In this document: piece after piece, positions 47,521-60,392 of the stretch
How positions within the stretch are numbered: the stretch's first letter is position 1
Layout of the letters: the number at the start of each line of letters is the position of its first letter
Source: Azolla caroliniana
Taxonomy: Eukaryota > Plantae > Polypodiophyta
Assembly (NCBI GenBank): GCA_043228905.1
Contig: JBHGNT010000003.1
Span: 16,678,001-16,742,000, forward strand
Length of the DNA stretch: 64,000 bases
Direction of reading: 5' to 3'
Notes under the pieces: generated by a model
The model's input: only the letters and a program-made list of their open reading frames with translations
The model's database searches: none
What the model was told of the DNA's origin: nothing
Program-made: the position numbers and the translations under genes

Positions 47521-49480
47521 AAGAATGTTTCGGAGGTCCACCCGACCACCCTCAAGCGAAGGGATCAAGACCGACTCAAGCCTTGATTGGCATCCCATAC
47601 CACCTCCATGGCATCCAATCCTACCTTGTATTGGCACGCTCGCTACAAGAGTCTATTCACCACAAGATCATAGTCCCAACGTAGTCGAATAAGGTGATTA
47701 ATGAAGGTCGCTAGGCCTCATATTTATAGCCAGACCTAAGGCCCCCAAGCAAGTTCACATTTTGGCCCTTATGGATTGTCTCAATTACTAGGATTAAAGT
47801 AATCCATACTTCTTTACACGCTCAATTAACCCTCACACTTTAGCCTCGTGTGTAGAATACTATAATACAACTTACCATGGGATAAAATATGGTCATGCGC
47901 ATAACAAATTAGGTGTCCTCATGGAGGAAAGCTCACACACATGGGACATCGATGGCATAGCGCAACATGTGCTCTTTGCTAGAGGATGAATGTGCATAGC
48001 AAGATGAACACACACTCTTTGCTAGACTATGTTATAGTGAGTGAGCAGCATGCGATATTTGCTACACCATTTCAATAGTGTGTTCTAAACAATGGACTCT
48101 TTTTTAGATACAGCATGTGGTTGAGGAGAAACTTGGGTTCTCTGCTAGAACAAGTGTTTGATGTGTGGATATGCACTATACTACGTGCATAATTTGGTAT
48201 AATGTTGCCTTTTCAAGGTTCGCTTTTATGCTCCATGAGTGTTTGGGGCATGTGTTACACTCTCTTATTGCCTTGCTTTTTCAAGTCATACTCCTATCCT
48301 TGTGAAGCTTCTAATGGACTGTTCATCCCTTCATTAGAGTTATAGGATTCTTATTTCCAATGAGTGGGCTGTTAATTAAATGGTTAGCTTAAGAACTTCC
48401 TTAATATCTGGACAAGACAAATGGGATCAATAGAGACATCCACATGCCATGGTTTTCCCTCATAAAGTGTTCAAATCACAACCTTCCAATCCTTGGGGGC
48501 ACGATTAAGGTGTAGAACATTAGAAGAAGTTTGTTACCAACTTTCTTTCTGCATTCTTTCAACAATACTATTGGACCTAACAATTGCATATGATAGCTAA
48601 AAGGCAATGCTAATAAAGAAACTAGAAACGAGTACTCTACCTTACAAACAAAACCCAAGTTACCAAATGCACAACCTCATAAACTAGAGTTTAACAATAA
48701 ATTTGATATTAAACATTGCTCAGGTTCAAAACCATAAAGTTAAGGTTACGTAGAACATGTCCCACTCATTTGAAATTTGTGGGTGGGGCTCTTATTCACT
48801 GTATAAACGAAATGCGTTTACATTTCGGTTTGGGAATCAATCCATTGCATTTCACATTGCTTTTGAGTAAAAAAACGGTCTATCAACGCAAAAGGGCTGA
48901 AGCATGAAATGTTGCACAATACAACAAATTCAAATTACAGCATTTCCCAGAACCAACTATATAATATTATTCCTTGTCAAGATCTAACTAGGGCACTAGT
49001 GAACGTAAGATATTCATTTGCAATTGTTATAGTGTATATCATGCACAAAATATGAAAGAATAGTTTGGGAGAAGTAAAAAATATCCTGACAGACAGCTAA
49101 TGAGCAAGAACAATTAATGCATCCATATGTCCGTTTGTAATGCATGATGCTTCAGACATAATCATATTTATTTTCATCTATTTTTCTACTTCTCAATCCT
49201 GTTCCATGGAATATTTAGCATTTTCTATTTGTCGTCTTATTCAAACTTGAGAATAAGTAACAAAAAGTGGAACACTTGCAAAAACGTCAATTTTAGTAAG
49301 AAAAATCTTTCATTGGATACCTGAAAAGAATTTTAACACAAACCTTGAAAAACCTCAACCTTCACGAAACGAACAGAGCTCGATAGCTTTTTGTGTTGTG
49401 ATTTACATTAATGAATGTCTCAAACACAAAAGCAAATGAACAAGGACCTTGAAGTATATATTAAGCGAGAAAAAAAAATA

Positions 49481-52400
49481 TCACTCACATTTGATAGATC
49501 GGTAAATGTGGCGAACAAAAAGTAGAGAAGCTCTAAAACCTACAGAACCAAGCATTAGGAAAAACCCATAACAAACACAAGCCATGTAGCCAAAAAAGAA
49601 AGATGTCTGCATAAAACCAGTCATATCTGAGCGAGCAAAGTAGTAGTAAAAACAGTAGCCGAAGACGAATACACCTGTCGAGCCTCCACATAAAACAGAT
49701 CTGCATTTAAATGAAATGCACGTTAAGGTCCATAAACATCACTTCAATATAAATTTCTATAGCCTTGAATACTTCATCATGAATTTTAATATGATCCACA
49801 TATCTGATAGTGCAAAATATGAGATATTTTATAGTATGATATACTGCTAACTAATTCCGAACAATAGAGAGCATTAAGTATTAATGTCATGCATGGCCAT
49901 ATGTGGAGATAACCCATAAATTGAAACACCCATAATAGGTAACACTCAAAAATACATCTCAAATTGTTGTTTTTTACATCAATTCAAAAAATAATCACAA
50001 ATATTAACAGCAGGAAACTTCTCCAGTTAGCATTACGGGATATAATGAATAATACCCATCTACAGGTTGAAACCAGTATGGCAATTTTTCAGAACAATAA
50101 ATTCACACTGTAGACTTCACATGTGCTTAAGTCAGAATCCCAAATGTATCCTGCAGTCTTAGCTTAAATCTAAATATAACAGACTGAGAAATCTATCAAG
50201 TTCACTCTAAGCAGACGCAAACCTAGTAAACTGTTTATAACCTATCTTATCACTCCTCCCAAAATGACTCGCCTAGTTGCCATCATCTACCCACTACGAG
50301 CGTAAAACTATGTCCTCTCTTCATTAGAGACACTTAGCTCTTAATGTTAAGTCTATCAATTAAACAAAGCTAGTCATTTTGATAGCAAAAAGTTGTATTG
50401 CCATGAGTAAAGAATTTGACCAACAAGTAGACACGTTCTTACCTCCACCACCACTCATGATCCTCCACAGCCAGTTGAAAATATGTCAGAGCTATTGTAA
50501 TAAAAGCAGTCACAATTATCAGGATAATGAAGACGATGGAAAGAATGCTATAGATGGTGTAGACTTTGTGGCCCCAGACACTCGCAAAGATATAATATAG
50601 CTCAATATAAATTGCACTAAAAGGTAAAAATCCTGCCATGGCCATTTGTGGTATTGTTCCTCTATACCAAGGTAATTGAGGAATCTCCCGTGGATACTTT
50701 GTTGTGCGACAAGGAGCTTGAAATTCCACTTTGCTATTTTTTCCCGCAATTCCTCCCAAAACAAGAAGGGGTGATGTGACCAAGGCCCAAATAAGAAGAA
50801 TCACAATAATGGTTCCAAAGGGCAAAGCAGCTGTAGAATTATAACTGATAGCCACAGTATTCAAGAAACAGAATGTCAAGAACAATGGCCCACAAAATAA
50901 GCATCCTGTGAGCAGCAGATTGCGTACCTACAAGATGAATGGTTTTATAAGTTTATAACATCAGAAACATTGCCTAACACTAGTGAAATTCCAAACCTAG
51001 AAGTATCTTTACTACCCCCATAGTAACTTGTAAGTCTTAATCTCACCCAATTTGTTCCTTCTAGTTGTCGATACATAGATGCCGCACTATATCCCGCGAT
51101 TCCTGATGTAAGGGCATAGATAACAACAAGAGCTGTGAAGAGTGCCCCACGATTGTAAGGGTAGAAGACACCAATTAGAGCTAGCAAGAAGATAAAGATG
51201 GCACTGCATAACAAAAGGCAGAAGGCATATAAATAGTACTTCAGAAACGAAGTAAAAACAGAAGGGAAAATTTCTGAGATACCCAAGTTTTCCTTTATTT
51301 CACCAAATGCCTCTAAGTTTTCATTCTTTCCACGAACAACACTGGTCAGCCGCCGAAAGAGAAAATGTATGAATCAACCATATAATTACACAAATCGCAC
51401 ATATAATTGAGGGAATGGGGAATTAGCAAACAATATCATTTCCCAATAGCAAATATAATTGCTCTTTCATGGGTCGACCAATGTCATTGAGGGAACTTAA
51501 CTCAGGACACAAGGGGAATTAGAAGTTTGAATATATCACAAAAATCCTAAAACAAAATGAGAATAAACTCAAAGTCACTACAGAGGCAAACTCATTGAAC
51601 CATTTCTCATAAAAGAAAGATACTCACAGTGCAAGCAGCTGAGAGCCACTGCCCAACACAGCACAAAACAAAGACTTATTTGGTGGATATCTAAAAACAT
51701 CTCCATGAATATATTTCCAGCCTGTTTCCTCCTGATCATCTACAGCCTCATCATCCCGAGTATATCTAAATGATGGATCAACAATTTGATCAACAAAGAG
51801 TGTTAAAACAAAAATAAAATTTTAATTGGGAAAAGAACATTCACTGCATCATTAAAAATGAAATACATAGGTACCATCCTTACTTGATAAAGTCGTTCTT
51901 CAAAACTCGCATTAGAATTGTAGCAAGGAATCCGGTAAGGAGAAGCACTGTAACACATGAATTAATGATAGAGAACCAATGGATTTCTAGATGTTGAGGC
52001 AAGAAAGAGGACTTTGCATATTTCTCCATCCGCTTATCAAAAGTGATATCAGTTTCTTTCCACTTGACAGAGTAATGAAACTCCACTTCTACCTCTTTAT
52101 CATCTGTTATGTCTACAACATTGCTATTATCTGAAGCGACACTAATTTCTATGACTTTGTCATCATTATAAAGAACTTCGAAAGGCACGTGTGTGAACAG
52201 ATAATATTTCATCTCAGTTTCATCCACTTTACCAATGAATCCCCATAAGGGAAGATCATCATAATACATTTGAAAATAGTAATCCTGCTTCACAGCATCT
52301 CGGAATTGTCTTACTTCGTCCTTGCTAAGTGTTTTCTTGCATATTGATCCAAACTGCTTGTCCTCCCTGAAATTCAACTGATAGTTCGATTGGACCATTC

Positions 52401-54913
52401 GATCTCCATTGAGAACCTCTCCAAGATCCTCCTTCTTCTCTGTTATTTGTACTGCAATATGTAGATGCCTTAAGTATCAATGCATACATAGAACACATTC
52501 TAAACACAAGGAAGAATGTTGAAAGAAGTCATTCAGAACAAAATAAGCTTACCAGGGGGACAAAAGGGAAGGTTGAAGTACCTATAAGTTTCACTGCAAA
52601 TTACATCCAACAAACAGAAGACGAGTTCAGAATGTGTTGATACTTAATGATAAAATAATGCAATATTATATTACATTCAACGAACAAAAGCCCACGAAAT
52701 GCTTGTTTCAGGAACTAGATACTGATGAGAAAAGAATGCATATCAGTGTTCCATTTAGACTCATGTTTTGGGATACCCAAGACTATTCTGTTATGGAAAA
52801 CAGACACAAGAATCTACAGACACACCAGATGAAACCAAAATGCCCTTACATAGATCAAAGCCTAACATTTATAAAATGTCTTCCATTGAGACCATTTAGA
52901 ATTCAAACAAGTTGTATACTAAATGTATATCCCTAACCCGTTATTAAAGTCTTTCAATTAAGTCTTTCAATTAGACCCATTAAGAATACAAGCAAGTTGT
53001 ATGCTAAATGCACATTCCTAACATGCTACAAAAGTCTTTAAACAGGACCATTTAGAATACAAGCAAGTTGTATGTGCAGAATAGATCTCAGAGCACATCG
53101 AAATCAAAGGCTATCGATTAAAGTCATAGCTTCGACATACATCCCTTGCATGTTATGAGGTCAAATCTATGGATCAAAGCCACAGGTTCTATACATCCCT
53201 GAAGTATTATGTGTCCTCTAAAATAAGACCATTAGAATGATTCTCTCAAATAGACCATTTGAATCATTCTCCCAAATAAGATTATTAGAATGATTTCATC
53301 ACATAAGACCATTAGAGTGCATGCTTGTTCTATGTAGAGTGAGATCTTAGAACAGAACAACCCACATGCTATGGAATATCAAGAACATGGACTCCTTTAT
53401 TTCAATAACAGCATTAGAACATAGAGATAACCCCAACTTTTTCTTTAGTTCCCTAAATGCCCCTAATTTTTTTGTTATATCCCCAAATGCTCTTGGTCAA
53501 CCCCAACTTGCACTCCTGCTCAATTCACCAATTTTTCTCTCTTGAAGTCTTGATCAGGAACATTTGGAGGAAATAACGAGAGCAAATGAGATCTCAAGCC
53601 ATACTGAGATAAAAACATAAATATGGATCAACGAAAGAAATCTACATATATCCTTACCGCATTGTGTCCTCATAACTCAGGTGTAAACCAAACCCACAAA
53701 GATTCTACGTAAAAACAAACATGCTACAATTTATTTCACAAAGCAATTAGAGCATTGGAATATTTGATATGCAAATGAGATACTTATAATAAGACACACA
53801 CATATATAAAGTATTCAAACAATTCCATTAGAATATAATCAGATTAGTCATGCAGGGAGATATATATCAAAATGAGGCATTGAAGTTTCAAAGCTAAAGG
53901 CTTATCCATATCCCTAGCACATTAGAAAAGTCTTTCATTTCCACAGGATCATTAGAACGTAAGCAGGTTGTATATATGCTAATATGGTCTAAGCTCAGAT
54001 CAAAATTTAAAATGTTGCTATGGAATATCAGGGCACAGGTTCTTTAAACATATTGCCTTAACACTTCCACAAAATTCTTTCAGATTTTACGTACTTTTTC
54101 ATTTCAACAAGACGCTTAGAAAATAAGAAAAGATCCATGTCACAAAAACACTAGGGACGATCAAACCCATAGGTTTTACATGTAGGATTAACTTTTTAAT
54201 TTGTCGTCCTAATTTTTGTATGCATATTGTTAGAAAACCTTTGATTTCAACACCACAATCACAACATAAACAAGCTATATGAGCAGATGAGATCTCAGAC
54301 CAGATCAAAGCTAGATCTCCTCGGTGTATCCCTGACTTGCATGTCTGAAGCCAGTATCCATATCAAAATGTAGCTAAGTAACATCAAAACCATAGCCTCG
54401 TGCTTTCTATATCTCTAACAGGTTAGAAGATTTCCTTAAGGTTCTAATCAGATTCCATATAAAGTCTTTTTCTTCATCAGAACCAATACGACTAAAGAAA
54501 GTGAGATCCAGATCAGATCAAAGCAATTGCTTATTTCTCCAGATGTCCATAACTTGCCACAAAACAGTTCCAAGCTTCTAAGCAGATTGATTTATATACG
54601 TAATCAAGCAAGATCTCAGATCAGACTCGTTACAAAATTCTTACAGATTCTAAGCACATAAACGTGTGTGTATGTATGCGAGAGGCGAGAGGAAATCTGC
54701 ATCAACATATTAAAGAATGCGAAACAAAAACCTGGGGTTCTGGAAAGGTCCGATCTTGTTAACGTAGAGCGGAACAGGTTCACCTTTGTTAAACTTGTGA
54801 TCAGAAGGCGAGGCAACAACAGAAGGGAAGACGTCTACTACAAGTATAAGAAGAAGAAGAAGAAGAAGAAGAAGAGAGAGAGTCGGAGTCGAAGAAATGG
54901 CAGGAACCGCCAT
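49481..54913 (-). CDS. Transmembrane 9 superfamily (endomembrane protein 70 / nonaspanin) gene, Arabidopsis TMN2/3/4-like, 596 aa
   Basis: Seven GT-AG exons: 54732-54913, 52553-52593, 51884-52451, 51628-51765, 51047-51203, 50443-50927, 49481-49700 (total 1791 nt). Signal peptide; motifs NKIGPFQNPSETYRYFNLPFC, IHWFSIINS, GWKYIHGDVFR, EDHEWWWRS; C-terminal IKCE (KxD/E Golgi retention motif). Confidence 0.95.
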
Positions 54914-55075
54914 GACAAGTTACAGGAAACAGATCTGAGAATGAGCTGATCAGGAGAAAGGAAGATGGAGGCGTAGCAGTAGAGGGGTATGGATCGATCT
55001 GTGGCGGACTCCAAACTCTGTCTGTTGTTTGCCTTCTTTCTTTCTTTCGTCTACGGAGGGAGGGAGTGAGAGTGA

Positions 55076-55137
<62 letters not shown>

Positions 55138-55235
55138 GTGTACGTGTCTGTATGTCTATGTCTATGTCTATGTCTATGTCTATGTCTATGTCTATGTCTA
55201 TGTCTATGTCTATGTCTATGTCTATGGGTATGTTT
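55076..55235. repeat. Compound hexanucleotide microsatellite (GTATGT)n-(CTATGT)n upstream of the TM9 gene
   Basis: Directly visible. Confidence 0.95.
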
Positions 55236-55391
55236 ACGTGTATGTGATTTGTCCGCTCGTGACTAACTAGTACCAAATATTTAAGAGGGCAAGTGAGGGA
55301 ATCGCGGAGAGGGACGGTGCAAGTCGCACCGCTGATGGCGCATTCGATATCCATCGTTCAAGTTGGATAAAAAGCTGACAACGTCTGTCAC

Positions 55392-55582
55392 CAGGAGCCT
55401 AACTCTATCAAAAGGAGCCCCGCTGTCAGACAGCCAATGTACGCAGGAGCCCGACTCTATTAGAAGGAACCCCACTGTTTGACAGCATCAGTAAGAAGGA
55501 GCCCGACTCTGTCAAAAGGAGCCCCGCTGTTTGACAACCTTTGTCATCAGGAGCCCGACCGACACATGGAAGGAGCCCGACT
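55392..55582. repeat. ~52-bp degenerate tandem repeats with AGGAGCCC cores, probably subterminal repeats of the MULE
   Basis: AGGAGCC(C/T)(G/A)ACTCT..AAGGA(G/A)CCCC(G/A)CTGT(T/C)..GACA three times, plus partial copies. Confidence 0.7.
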
Positions 55583-55767
55583 TAAAAACAAACATCAAAA
55601 ACTCCAAAAAATGGTAAGTGTACAACAAATATTTGCCATGAAAATGATCATAAAATTTCTCAAAAAAACCTAAAGATTCAAATAACAAGTCTTTTACATA
55701 AAATATTAAAACGTCAAATATTGACAACCCTAAAATGAAATATGAATATACATGTTACATATTAAGA

Positions 55768-57017
55768 TTATGGCTCATGTCGGGATGATTGCAAGATGCA
55801 ACCACAATTTTTACAACATGTAACATTCGAGTCCCTTGAAGTCAAGGTCAAGCCATCGCAACACAAACACCGAACCTTCTCATGGTCACCTATTGGCAAT
55901 CGCCTCCTAGCCCGACTTGCACCTCTTTGTAGTTTTCTGGAGTGGGATTTGGAAGTGTTTGGGGAGCTACCAATAAGTTCTTGCGAGATGTCTATTGTTG
56001 CACTTCTTTTGGCACCGATTTGTTGGTTGCGACTTATTGATCTGTCATCTTCTTCATTGGTTGATTTTGGTGCACCAACGCGATACACCTTCTCAGCCAC
56101 ATCTTCCAATGTTCGTATACCTTCGACAATAGTTGCACGGTCAAAGGTTCCTAGCCCTTGCTCAAGACATTGAAGTGTTTTCATGACCGTTTGTATTTTG
56201 GACTTGAATGATTCAATCTCGGATGTTGTGGGGTTTGTCTCCTTGATTCGTTCTACCTCTGCCTCCACTTCTATTTCTGTATTATGGTCCATTCGCATTT
56301 GGGTCATGTGATCTATAAAAGGCAATGAGCCACATAAATGTGGCATATGCCTCTCAATAATCATTCGGATACTGAGTAAATGCTTACATTTACTCGCAAT
56401 GTCTTGGCAATCACAATATGAACATTGGAGTGAGACATTATACCATAGAGTATGAGTCGTCATGCTCAAGATTCTAAACCAATATCGGGCCTCGTTGACA
56501 ATTTCCATTGTGGAAGTATCGTCGACATACCTTTCCAATATTCTCTCCACTTCTTTAAGTCGGGACCTTTGATCCCTACAATTTGCATGGGGTGCAAACC
56601 GACCACTCTCACATATTTCTTGTCGTTGCTTGTACCACTCTATTACCGTTCCTCCTATGCAAGTGCCAATTTCATTGTCCCCAATTAAGACATGTAGAAG
56701 GTTGGTAATTGATCAGTTTATTCTTCCTGTCAAGGCAGTATACTTGATAAACTGCCAATGTCTTTCCAATATTGGTAGTGTCAACGTGTCCATAGTTGAA
56801 CATTCTACCAGACTTGGGCCAAAGTTTCCTCCACACACAGGTTAGACCGCACCATCCTCCTTCTATATATTGCCAAACATTGGGCGTGTCTGCATATTCT
56901 ACCTTTAACTCCTCACACATCGCATTGAATGCGGATTCAATAATGCATTGCATCAATTGGCACATTTGTTGATAAAGATGGGTTCTCTGAGTTGCACTTA
57001 CTTTTGGCAACAAGTTG
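55768..57017 (-). pseudogene. Mutator-like (MULE) transposase 3' part with SWIM zinc finger, interrupted by copia I
   Basis: YCDCQDIASKCKHL (CxC-x5-CxH SWIM), upstream VWQYIEGGW..HVDTTN motif, C-terminal CxxC..CxxC; frameshifted. Confidence 0.7.
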
Positions 57018-60000
57018 TGTTAGGATTTCGGTCCCTCAGGATGGGATGATGAAGGCCCGGTGAGAACCGGATGTTGCAGGCCCGGTGAGAACCTCTCACC
57101 GGATGAAGGGACATATATGTAAATATGTTCCAGAGAGCCCACATGGGCCATATTTGTAAATAGCCCGAAAGTCATATTAGTATAAATATGACCTAGGGCA
57201 AACAATATTGTGTGTGTTGTTGTCATTATTTTGTATAGAGTTATTGGTGTAACTACTGTACAGAATGTAGTGGAGGGAAAGAGAGAGAGAGAGAGAGAGA
57301 GACATTGTGTGTCTCTGTTGTAACTGCCGTTAGGCAAAGAGTGAGAGCAAGAGGTCGTTGCCTCTGTGTTCCTCTGTTGTATTCTCCTTACATAGTGATA
57401 GTTGGAGCTAGTGGGCTCCCGTGGTTTTCCCCGTTTAGGGTTTTCCACGTTAACATCCTGTGCATTCTCTTCTGTCTTTGTACTTACTTCCATTTCTTAT
57501 CTTTCTGTGTTTGATTATCATTAAGTGATCTAAGTCTCGGTTGTGGCCGAAGATTATTCCGCATAATTCCTGTCAATCTGGTATCAGAGCGAAACGACAC
57601 AGAAAATGGAAGAATCCTTCTGCGGCATGTTCAAGCTCACCGGCTCCAACTACTCAGTGTGGAAGTTGAAGATGAGGGACATGCTCGTGGTGAACGATCT
57701 TTGGTTGCCGGTTCAGTTCGGGGACAAGAGACCGAACAAGATCGACACCACGATATGGGAGGTGATGCACATGAAGACAACGTCGTACATACGGTGCTTC
57801 ATCGACATGAGCCTATACAACAACTTTAATGAGGAGAGTAAGGCTCATGAGCTCTGGAAGAAGATCAACATTATGTTTCAGAACAAAAATGTTGTTAATC
57901 GGGTTTCGGTATTCCAGAAGCTAGTGAGGCTCTGGTACCAAGATGGCTCCGGTATGGCGGAGCACATGAATGCCTTCCATGGATTGATACACCAAGCAAC
58001 CTCGTTGGAAGTACCTCTCGCCGATGAGGTACTAGCATTACTCCTGCTCAGTTCCCTCCCGAATAGCTAGGAGACGTTAGTTGTCACTTTGGGCAATGCT
58101 GCGCCAGAAGGAAAACAATTATCCCTAGCAAGAGTCAAGTCGAGCTTGCTAGATGAGGAGGCGCATCAAAAAGACAAGGATACGAGCTCCGACTCCAAAG
58201 CGCTCCTTACCGAATCAGAATGCGGAAGACAAAGGAATCGTAGTCCCGAAACCGAGAAAAGTCGGGGACACGGTCAAAGTCAAGGGGGAGACCCACTTGC
58301 TTCTATTGTGGCAAGCTGGGACACTTCCAGAAGAACTGTCGGCATTTCCGGAAAGAAAAGGGAACCGACAGTCCCGATTTGAAGCGGTCACTGGACCAGA
58401 ACGACAAAGACCGGAGAGGACCGGACCGGAAGGGAACGACGACAATCGCGGCAAGTGAAGAAGAGTTGATGCTCATCACCGAGGAGAGTGAGTTGAACCT
58501 TTCCGGAGTGTCGTTCCACCTGACCCCGGACTGGAAATGCTTCTCATCCTACATAGCCGATGAGCACGATTGTGTCCGGATGGGGAATGAAGGTACATGC
58601 CGAATTGTCGGCATAGGAGACGTGTGGCTGACAACACCAACCGGATGCAAGTTGCTACTAAAGGATGCCTGACACGTTCTGGAGGTTCGTCTGAACCTGA
58701 TATCAGCCGGTTGGTTGGATGATGAAGGCTACACGGGTAGCATCCGAAATGGTGTCATGAAATTCAGCAAATGGAGCCTGATAATGGCTCATGCTCAGAA
58801 GGTCAACACACTGTACCTGATGAATGCCCGGTTATGCCTGGAAGAAGTGAACGTGGCATCCGACACTGCCGGTGAGCTGTGTCACATGAGCGAGAAGGGG
58901 ATGAAGAGGCTTGCCGAAGACAATCTCTTTCCGGTGAAGGACGTGCATCTTGAGAGGTGCACCGACTGCTTGGCCGGTAAGCAAAACCGGACCTCCTTCT
59001 GATCAAGGCCACTGATGAGACGTAATGCACCATTGGAGCTGGTGCATACTGATGTGTGTCAAGTGGACATGAAGTCACATGCCGGATCGTAGTACTTCAT
59101 GACGTTCATAGATGACCACAACCGAAAGCTGTGGGCCACACTGTTGAAGATGAAGGATCAGGTGTTATCCGTCTTCAAGGGAGCTCCACGCAAGAGTGGA
59201 AAGAGAAACCGGTCGGAAGTTGAAGGCGGTTCGAGGAGATAACGGAGGCGAATACCAGCGGCAGTTTGAGGAGTACTACCGCTCGAAGGGCATCCGACTC
59301 AATTTTACCGTGCCGAAGACGTCGGAACTAAACGGGTTGGCTGAGAGGATGAACTAGACCATAATGGAGAGGGTCCGGATTATGCTGGCACATGCAAGGT
59401 TACCCAAGACATTTTGGGCTAAGGCGCGGGCGACAGCTACATACGTGATAAACAGATCACCCTTAGTGCCCTTGGACGGAGATACGCCGTAGAGAGTGTG
59501 GACCGGTAAGGAAGTGTCTTGCCGGCATCTGAAGGTGTTCGGGTGACTCGCTTACGTGTATGTTGTAGAGGACTGGAGAGCAAAGTTGGATCCAAAGTCC
59601 CGGCCTTGCATATTCCTCGAATACGGTGATGATGAGTTCGGCTACCGAGTGTGGGATCCGGTCGACAAGAAGGTTTTCCGGAGTCAAGATATTATCTTCA
59701 TGGAGGACAAGACCCTTGCCGACTAGGAGTCGGGGAAGAAGATAATGAACTCCGAGTTGACCGTTAAGGATCAGTTCAATGAGATTCAGACCTACCCGGC
59801 TAAGAGCCGGTTGACACTCGAGGAACCGGCCAGTTACGATGAGGATACCGAACCGGTAGAAGAAGAAGAAGAGGAAGTTGAAACCGGAACTTGCCAAGAC
59901 CCCGAATTAGATTCGGATGAAGAACAAATAGAGGAGCTGGTTGCCGAAAGCCAAAGACAGAGATATCCTCTCAGAGAGAGAAGGCCCCCTCGGAGATTTC

Positions 60001-60392
60001 CGGATCTAGAGCATGTGTTGCTAACCGATGAGGGGGAGCCAGAAAGCTTCGAAGAAGCGAGGGAGGACACTCATAGCCGCAAGTGGTTAAGTGCCATGCA
60101 AGACGAGATGGATTCCTTGCATGAGAACCACACGTATGAATTGGTGGAGTTGCCAAAAGGAAAGCGGGCACTTCAAAACAAGTGGGTGTACAAACTGAAA
60201 TCGACAGATGTCGATAACCCCCCGGGATACAAAGCCAGGATCGTGGTGAAGGAGTTCCAACAAAAGAAGGGCGTGGACTTCGACGTGATATTTTCCCCGG
60301 TAGTAAAGATGACTTCCATCCGGACGGTGCTGAGCATAGCGGCAAGCATGGACCTCGAGGTAGAGCAGTTAGACGTGAAGACGACATTCCTC
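57018..60392 (+). mobile_element. Copia I: degenerate E-family element interrupted in RT by copia J
   Basis: LTR 57018-57575, PBS TGGTATCAGAGC 57579, gag ATG 57606 closely similar to E, many stops; RT ends at LDVKTTFL. Confidence 0.9.

Noticed and set aside
54950-55354. ORFs with DIDIDI, HTHTHT or MCMCMC tracts
   Set aside because: Translations of the hexanucleotide microsatellite
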